64,000 nt of DNA. It comes from Rhodoferax sp. Lineage in GTDB: Bacteria > Pseudomonadota > Gammaproteobacteria > Burkholderiales > Burkholderiaceae_C. Shown piece by piece: positions 59,706-64,000 of the stretch. The DNA is taken from contig SHXM01000001.1 in the NCBI GenBank assembly GCA_009693325.1, positions 1,423-65,422 of the forward strand, in the 5' to 3' direction. The notes under the pieces were generated by a model, which ran no database searches, was not told the origin of the DNA, and worked only from the letters and a program-made list of their open reading frames with translations. The first letter of the stretch is position 1, and every line of letters begins with the position of its first letter. The position numbers were made by a program, and so were the translations under genes.

Positions 59706-60289
59706 GCGCATGGATAAAAATGATTCCCCTCGAAGAAGCCACCGGCAAGCTCAAGGACATGTACCAACTCGCCCTCACGCCCAGCGGCACGGTTGACAAC
59801 GTGATGCGCGCGCACAGCCTGCGCCCGCACAGCATGGAGGGCCATCTGGTGCTCTACCGCAGTGTGTTGCATAACCCGGACAACACCCTGCCCTTTTGGT
59901 TTTTGGAGGTGGTGGCGTCCTATGTCAGCATGACCAACCGCTGCGACTACAGCCTGACGCACCACTTTGCCAATGCCCGCCGCCTCATGAACGACCCGCT
60001 GCGCGCCCAGTTGGTCTGGGACGCCCTGTCTACGGCCCAGCCGGAGCGGGCGTTTTCTGGCAAGGAACTCGAACTTTTGCGTTACGCCAGAAAACTCACT
60101 GCTGAAGTCGCCAGGATGGAAAAAAGCGACTTCGACAGTCTCAAGGCCAGTGGCTGCGATGACGGTGAAATTCTGGAGGTCAACCAGGTCTGTGCCTATT
60201 TCAATTACTCAAACCGCCTGCTCAATGGACTGGGCGTGACCACCCAGGGCGATGTGGTGGGCTACTACAAAGAACCCGCAGCGGATTGA
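59702..60289 (+). CDS. AhpD/carboxymuconolactone decarboxylase family, peroxidase-related protein
   Basis: VDNVM.AHSLRP, E.V..YVS..N.CDYS..HH, G..D.EILE.NQV.AYFNY.NR. Confidence 0.85.
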   Translation: MSAWIKMIPLEEATGKLKDMYQLALTPSGTVDNVMRAHSLRPHSMEGHLVLYRSVLHNPDNTLPFWFLEVVASYVSMTNRCDYSLTHHFANARRLMNDPLRAQLVWDALSTAQPERAFSGKELELLRYARKLTAEVARMEKSDFDSLKASGCDDGEILEVNQVCAYFNYSNRLLNGLGVTTQGDVVGYYKEPAAD

Positions 60290-60306
60290 TACCCTGACTG
60301 CGGCGC

Positions 60307-61335
60307 TCAGGGCTGGGCCTGCGCCTCTATCAGCGTGGCCAAGCCGGCCCTGAACCGATTGGCAGCAGCATCGAGCAGCAGACCAGTGGTTTGGGCGGAG
60401 CGGTTTTTCATGCCACGGTGTACCGCTTCGAGCACAATTTTGTCCTCTTCAAAGGCGGCCTTGGCGCCAGCCGCTATGCGTTCTGTGAGGGCGGCATCAT
60501 CGGCATCGGTATTGCGGTGTTGCAGCCAAAAATAGTGGGTGTGGTCTTCATCTATGGGGGTCAAAAAGTTGTAAGACACCATGCGGTAGGTGTGCGGCCC
60601 GTCGACCATGTCCGGGCCACCCTTGCCAGCTGGCGTGTAGATGCCCATGTTGATGGCCAAAGAAGGGTAACGAACCTCGTAGTGTTGCAGCCGGTCGGCC
60701 GGGCCGCTGAACTTGACCAGGGGTGCGTAAAAGGGCGGTGGTGCTTGGTTGAGCAACCAGCGGCTGCAGACCACGCCACGCTCGTCGGCCCGGATCTGCA
60801 GGGGCGTGCTGTCTGTGCCAGCACCTGCGAAAGAGCCCCGGTGTACCCATGCCACATGCGAGGGGTCGAGCAGGTTGTCAACCAGCCAGAGGTAGTTGCT
60901 GTTGACCTGCAACTGGTCTCCGGCGGTGATGTGCCAGCCCGGTTGGCCATGGTTGTCGATCTCGATCACTGGGCTGGTCTCCGACAGGGCTGCATCGCCC
61001 ATCCAGATCCACAACAGGCCGTATTTGTCTTGCACCGGGTAGGCCCGCACTCTGGCAAAGGGCGGAATACGGGTTTGTGTGGCGGCATCGATGCACTGGC
61101 CAGCGCAGTCGAAAGTGAGCCCGTGGTAGCCACATTCGATGGCGTCACCCTTGATGCGCCCCATGGACAAGGGCAGTTTGCGGTGGGGGCAGGCGTCCTC
61201 AAGTGCTGCGGGCAGGCCGCTTTGCATGCGGTACAGCACGACAGCCTCGCCCAGCAGTCGCACCGCCTTGGGCGCACGCCCTATTTCGGTGGACAGTGCC
61301 GCAACATACCAAGCGTTCTTCAAAAATTGTGACAT
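60307..61335 (-). CDS. Rieske non-heme iron oxygenase alpha subunit (VanA/TsaM demethylase-monooxygenase clade)
   Basis: FLKNAWYVAA, Rieske CPH...CGYH, DNLLD.SH..WVH, F.ED. Confidence 0.9.
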   Translation of the reverse strand: MSQFLKNAWYVAALSTEIGRAPKAVRLLGEAVVLYRMQSGLPAALEDACPHRKLPLSMGRIKGDAIECGYHGLTFDCAGQCIDAATQTRIPPFARVRAYPVQDKYGLLWIWMGDAALSETSPVIEIDNHGQPGWHITAGDQLQVNSNYLWLVDNLLDPSHVAWVHRGSFAGAGTDSTPLQIRADERGVVCSRWLLNQAPPPFYAPLVKFSGPADRLQHYEVRYPSLAINMGIYTPAGKGGPDMVDGPHTYRMVSYNFLTPIDEDHTHYFWLQHRNTDADDAALTERIAAGAKAAFEEDKIVLEAVHRGMKNRSAQTTGLLLDAAANRFRAGLATLIEAQAQP

Positions 61336-61433
61336 GGCGATTTCTCTTCTGCAGCTCAGGGAAGCGCTAGCCCTGGAAAAGCCCAGATTATCGGTGGTTC
61401 AGGGGCTGGCCCGAGCTCAGGTAAACCAACCGT

Positions 61434-62513
61434 TTATTCAACCAAGGCCACTGATTTCACCTGGACCCAGACCCTGCTGGATGCGCGCAGCCCCAAGGCA
61501 TCGATGGCGCGGGCAGTGACCCGGGCCTGCAACAGGGTGTTGCCGCAGCGCAGGCGCACCAGGCGTTGCGAGGCATGGCTGTCTGGGACGATGGCCTCGA
61601 TCACGCAGGGCAACTGGTTTTGAATGCTGCTATGTTGCGACTCGGCGCTGGCAAGGCTGACATCGCGCGCCAGGATGCGCAGCCGCACCGGCCGACCCAG
61701 GGCCAGGCCGGTGTCGCGCACCCACACAGCTCCGCCGGCAAAAGCCACGCGCGCCAAATGCCAGGCAGGGTCCAATTGGTCGACCTCCCCCATCAGCAGT
61801 GCGGCGGTCTCAGCAAAGCCCAGCGACGGGTGCTCAGCCTGGTGCAGCAGTTCGGCCACTGGCCCCGAGGCCTGAATGCGGCCCTGCTCCAGCACCACCA
61901 GCTGATCGGCTAGACGCGCCACCTCATCGGCCGAGTGGGTGACATAAAGCATGGGTGTCCTGAGCTCGTCGCGCAGCCGCTCGAGCCAGGGCAGGACCTC
62001 GCGGCGACGCGCCATGTCCAAAGACGCAAGCGGCTCATCGAGCAGCAAGACCTTGGGCTGCAGGGCAAGGGCTCGGGCAATGGCCACGCGCTGGCGCTCG
62101 CCGCCCGAGAGCTGCTGCGGCTGGCGTTGCAGCAGGCTGCCAATGCCGAGCAATTCAATCGCCTCCCGCAGGGCCGCTTGACCCTGCTTGCCAGCGTTTG
62201 CGCTGCGTTGTAGGCCGTAGTTCAGGTTGTCACGCACGCTCAGGTGTTCAAACAGGCTGGATTCCTGAAACACATAGCCCAGGGAGCGGCGCCAGGTTGG
62301 CACAAACAGGCCGGCCGCATCGTCTTGCCAGGTTTCTCCGGCAATGCGCACCACACTGTTGCGCGCCCGGTCCAGGCCGGCCACGCAGCGCAGCAGGCTG
62401 GTCTTGCCCGAGCCCGATGCGCCAAACAGCGCGGTGATGCCCTGCGCTGGCAGGCTCAGGTCAACCGAGAGCTCAAAATCAGCCCGGGGCAGGCGCAGAC
62501 TGATCTGGTTCAC
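61434..62513 (-). CDS. modC: Molybdate ABC transporter ATP-binding protein
   Basis: [17 protein letters not shown]-terminal TOBE/Mop domain (SSIQN, QVKSVAL). Confidence 0.94.
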   Translation of the reverse strand: MNQISLRLPRADFELSVDLSLPAQGITALFGASGSGKTSLLRCVAGLDRARNSVVRIAGETWQDDAAGLFVPTWRRSLGYVFQESSLFEHLSVRDNLNYGLQRSANAGKQGQAALREAIELLGIGSLLQRQPQQLSGGERQRVAIARALALQPKVLLLDEPLASLDMARRREVLPWLERLRDELRTPMLYVTHSADEVARLADQLVVLEQGRIQASGPVAELLHQAEHPSLGFAETAALLMGEVDQLDPAWHLARVAFAGGAVWVRDTGLALGRPVRLRILARDVSLASAESQHSSIQNQLPCVIEAIVPDSHASQRLVRLRCGNTLLQARVTARAIDALGLRASSRVWVQVKSVALVE

Positions 62514-63168
62514 AGCAGCTTTTGCGCTTTGTTGCGCTTGAGCAGCGTCAGGAACAGCAACACCGCAAAGGAAAATGCCACCATGCCGCCTGCGAGCCAG
62601 TGGGCCTGCTGGTATTGCATGGCTTCGACCAGACCATAGAGTTGGGTCGACACCACCCGGGTCTGGCCCGGGATGTTGCCGCCAATCATCAGCACCACAC
62701 CAAATTCACCCACCGTGTGCGCGAACACCAGGATCACCGCAGTCACAAAACCCGGGCGGGCGAGTGGCAGGGCCACCGTAAAAAATGCCACCCAGGGGCT
62801 GGCCCGCAGGGTTGCGGCCACCTCCAGCGGTCGTTTTCCCACTGTTTCGAAGGCGTATTGCAAGGGCTGCACGGCAAAGGGCAAGGAGAAAAAAATCGAC
62901 CCGATCACCAGACCGGCGAACGTAAAAGACAGGTTGCCCAAGCCCAGCGATGCGCTGAGTTGCCCCAGCCAACCTTGCGGCCCCAGCGCCAACAGCAGGT
63001 AGAAGCCCGATCACGGTTGGTGGTAGCACCAGGGGCAGGGTCACCAGCGCATTGACCGGCGCGCCACCAGGCCAGCGGTGTGCTCAGAACCAGCAGGATC
63101 AGGGTGGTTAAACCGGCCAGGCGCAGGGTCAGGCCGATGGCTTGAAGTGCTTCATTGCTCAATGCCAT
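62510..63168 (-). pseudogene. modB: Molybdate ABC permease split by two frameshifts
   Basis: ModB sequence lies in three frames: ...TPLAWW | [18 protein letters not shown] | [11 protein letters not shown]...FAHTVGEFG. Breaks near 63060-63064 and 63005-63008. Confidence 0.88.
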
Positions 63169-63170
63169 GG

Positions 63171-63947
63171 CTACCTCAATTCGTAGCCAGCCGAGCGGAT
63201 GATCTGCCGGGCCCGCTCGCCTTGCAGGTAGCCCATCAGCGCCCGGGCGCCGGGGTACTGCCTGGCGCCTGCCAGAAGCACGGCGTCCTGTCGTATCGGC
63301 TCATGCAGGTGGCCGGGCACCAGCCAGGCCGAGCCCGGCACTATGACGCCGTCCTGCAGCACCTGGGACATGGCAACAAAGCCCAGCGTGGCGTTCTCGG
63401 TTGCAACAAACAGATAAGCCTGGCTGACACTGTCGCCGAAAACAAATCTTGGTCGCAGTTGCTCGAGCAGCCCCAGTTTGGCCAGGGCCTCGACTGCAGC
63501 AGCCCCATAGGGCGCCAGGCTGGGGTCGGCCAAAGCCAGCTTGGAGAAATTGCCCCTGCCCAGCACCGCGCCCTCAGCGTCCACCAGGCCCGGGCGTTTG
63601 CTCCAAAGTACCAGGCGTCCAACGGCGTAGGTAAAGCTTGAGCCCGCCACGGCCAAACCCTCTTGGCTTAGCCTGGCCGGGGTTTGTGCATCAGCCGCCA
63701 GCAAGACATGGAAGGGGGCGCCCTGTTTGATCTGGGCATAGAACTTTCCGGTCGACCCAAACGCCAGCGCTGTTTTGTAGCCCGTGTCCTGCTCAAATGC
63801 TGTGGCAATTTTTTTCATTGGCAGCATGAAATTGGCCGCCACCGCCACCTGTACCTCGCTGGCTTGGGCCAGCCTGGCCAGACCCAACATTGCCGCCAGT
63901 GCCGAGATGAGCAACAGCACAAACCGCGTCCGCAAGAAAGAACCCAT
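63171..63947 (-). CDS. modA: Molybdate ABC transporter substrate-binding protein
   Basis: VAVAANF, FGSTGK.YAQI..GAPF, YAVGRLVLW, APYG.AA, PIRQ. Confidence 0.95.
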   Translation of the reverse strand: MGSFLRTRFVLLLISALAAMLGLARLAQASEVQVAVAANFMLPMKKIATAFEQDTGYKTALAFGSTGKFYAQIKQGAPFHVLLAADAQTPARLSQEGLAVAGSSFTYAVGRLVLWSKRPGLVDAEGAVLGRGNFSKLALADPSLAPYGAAAVEALAKLGLLEQLRPRFVFGDSVSQAYLFVATENATLGFVAMSQVLQDGVIVPGSAWLVPGHLHEPIRQDAVLLAGARQYPGARALMGYLQGERARQIIRSAGYELR

Positions 63948-64000
63948 GGCAGTCGCCGTTAACACGGGTTGGGGTCGTCCTGCCAGCTGCGGGCTTTTTT

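Noticed and set aside
63948-64000. ModE box or Moco riboswitch upstream of modA
   Set aside because: The window ends before enough upstream sequence is visible

Overview
GC-rich betaproteobacterial chromosome segment. Gene content and order (gshA-kup-benE-gshB; smr-radC / fkpB-ispH-serS; Bug, TRAP and ABC transporters) point to Comamonadaceae, by inference. About 65 protein-coding genes are recognisable. I found no rRNA, tRNA, CRISPR array, integrase or transposase. Housekeeping blocks alternate with catabolic or accessory modules: (1) a peptide ABC transporter plus DUF1028, divergent from ggt; (2) a TauR-like MocR regulator with a matching direct-repeat operator, facing an HpsN/HisD-fold dehydrogenase, a DegT-type aminotransferase and an orphan TauA, a candidate aminosulfonate (e.g. 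cysteinolate) pathway; (3) an AbiE type IV toxin-antitoxin islet with its operator, an apparently shortened toxin and an HlyD gene scar; (4) ddpX, an ABC transporter and an M19 dipeptidase; (5) a sugar-acid region with two TRAP systems, two DHDPS-fold enzymes, a mutarotase, PhyH and XylX; (6) an uncharacterised, tightly coupled operon of PheC/Pu1068-like binding protein, permease, creatininase, GST, HD-domain metalloenzyme and AhpD-like protein, preceded by a 12-bp tandem repeat; (7) modABC with a doubly frameshifted modB. Family calls come from motif recognition by eye, not database searches.
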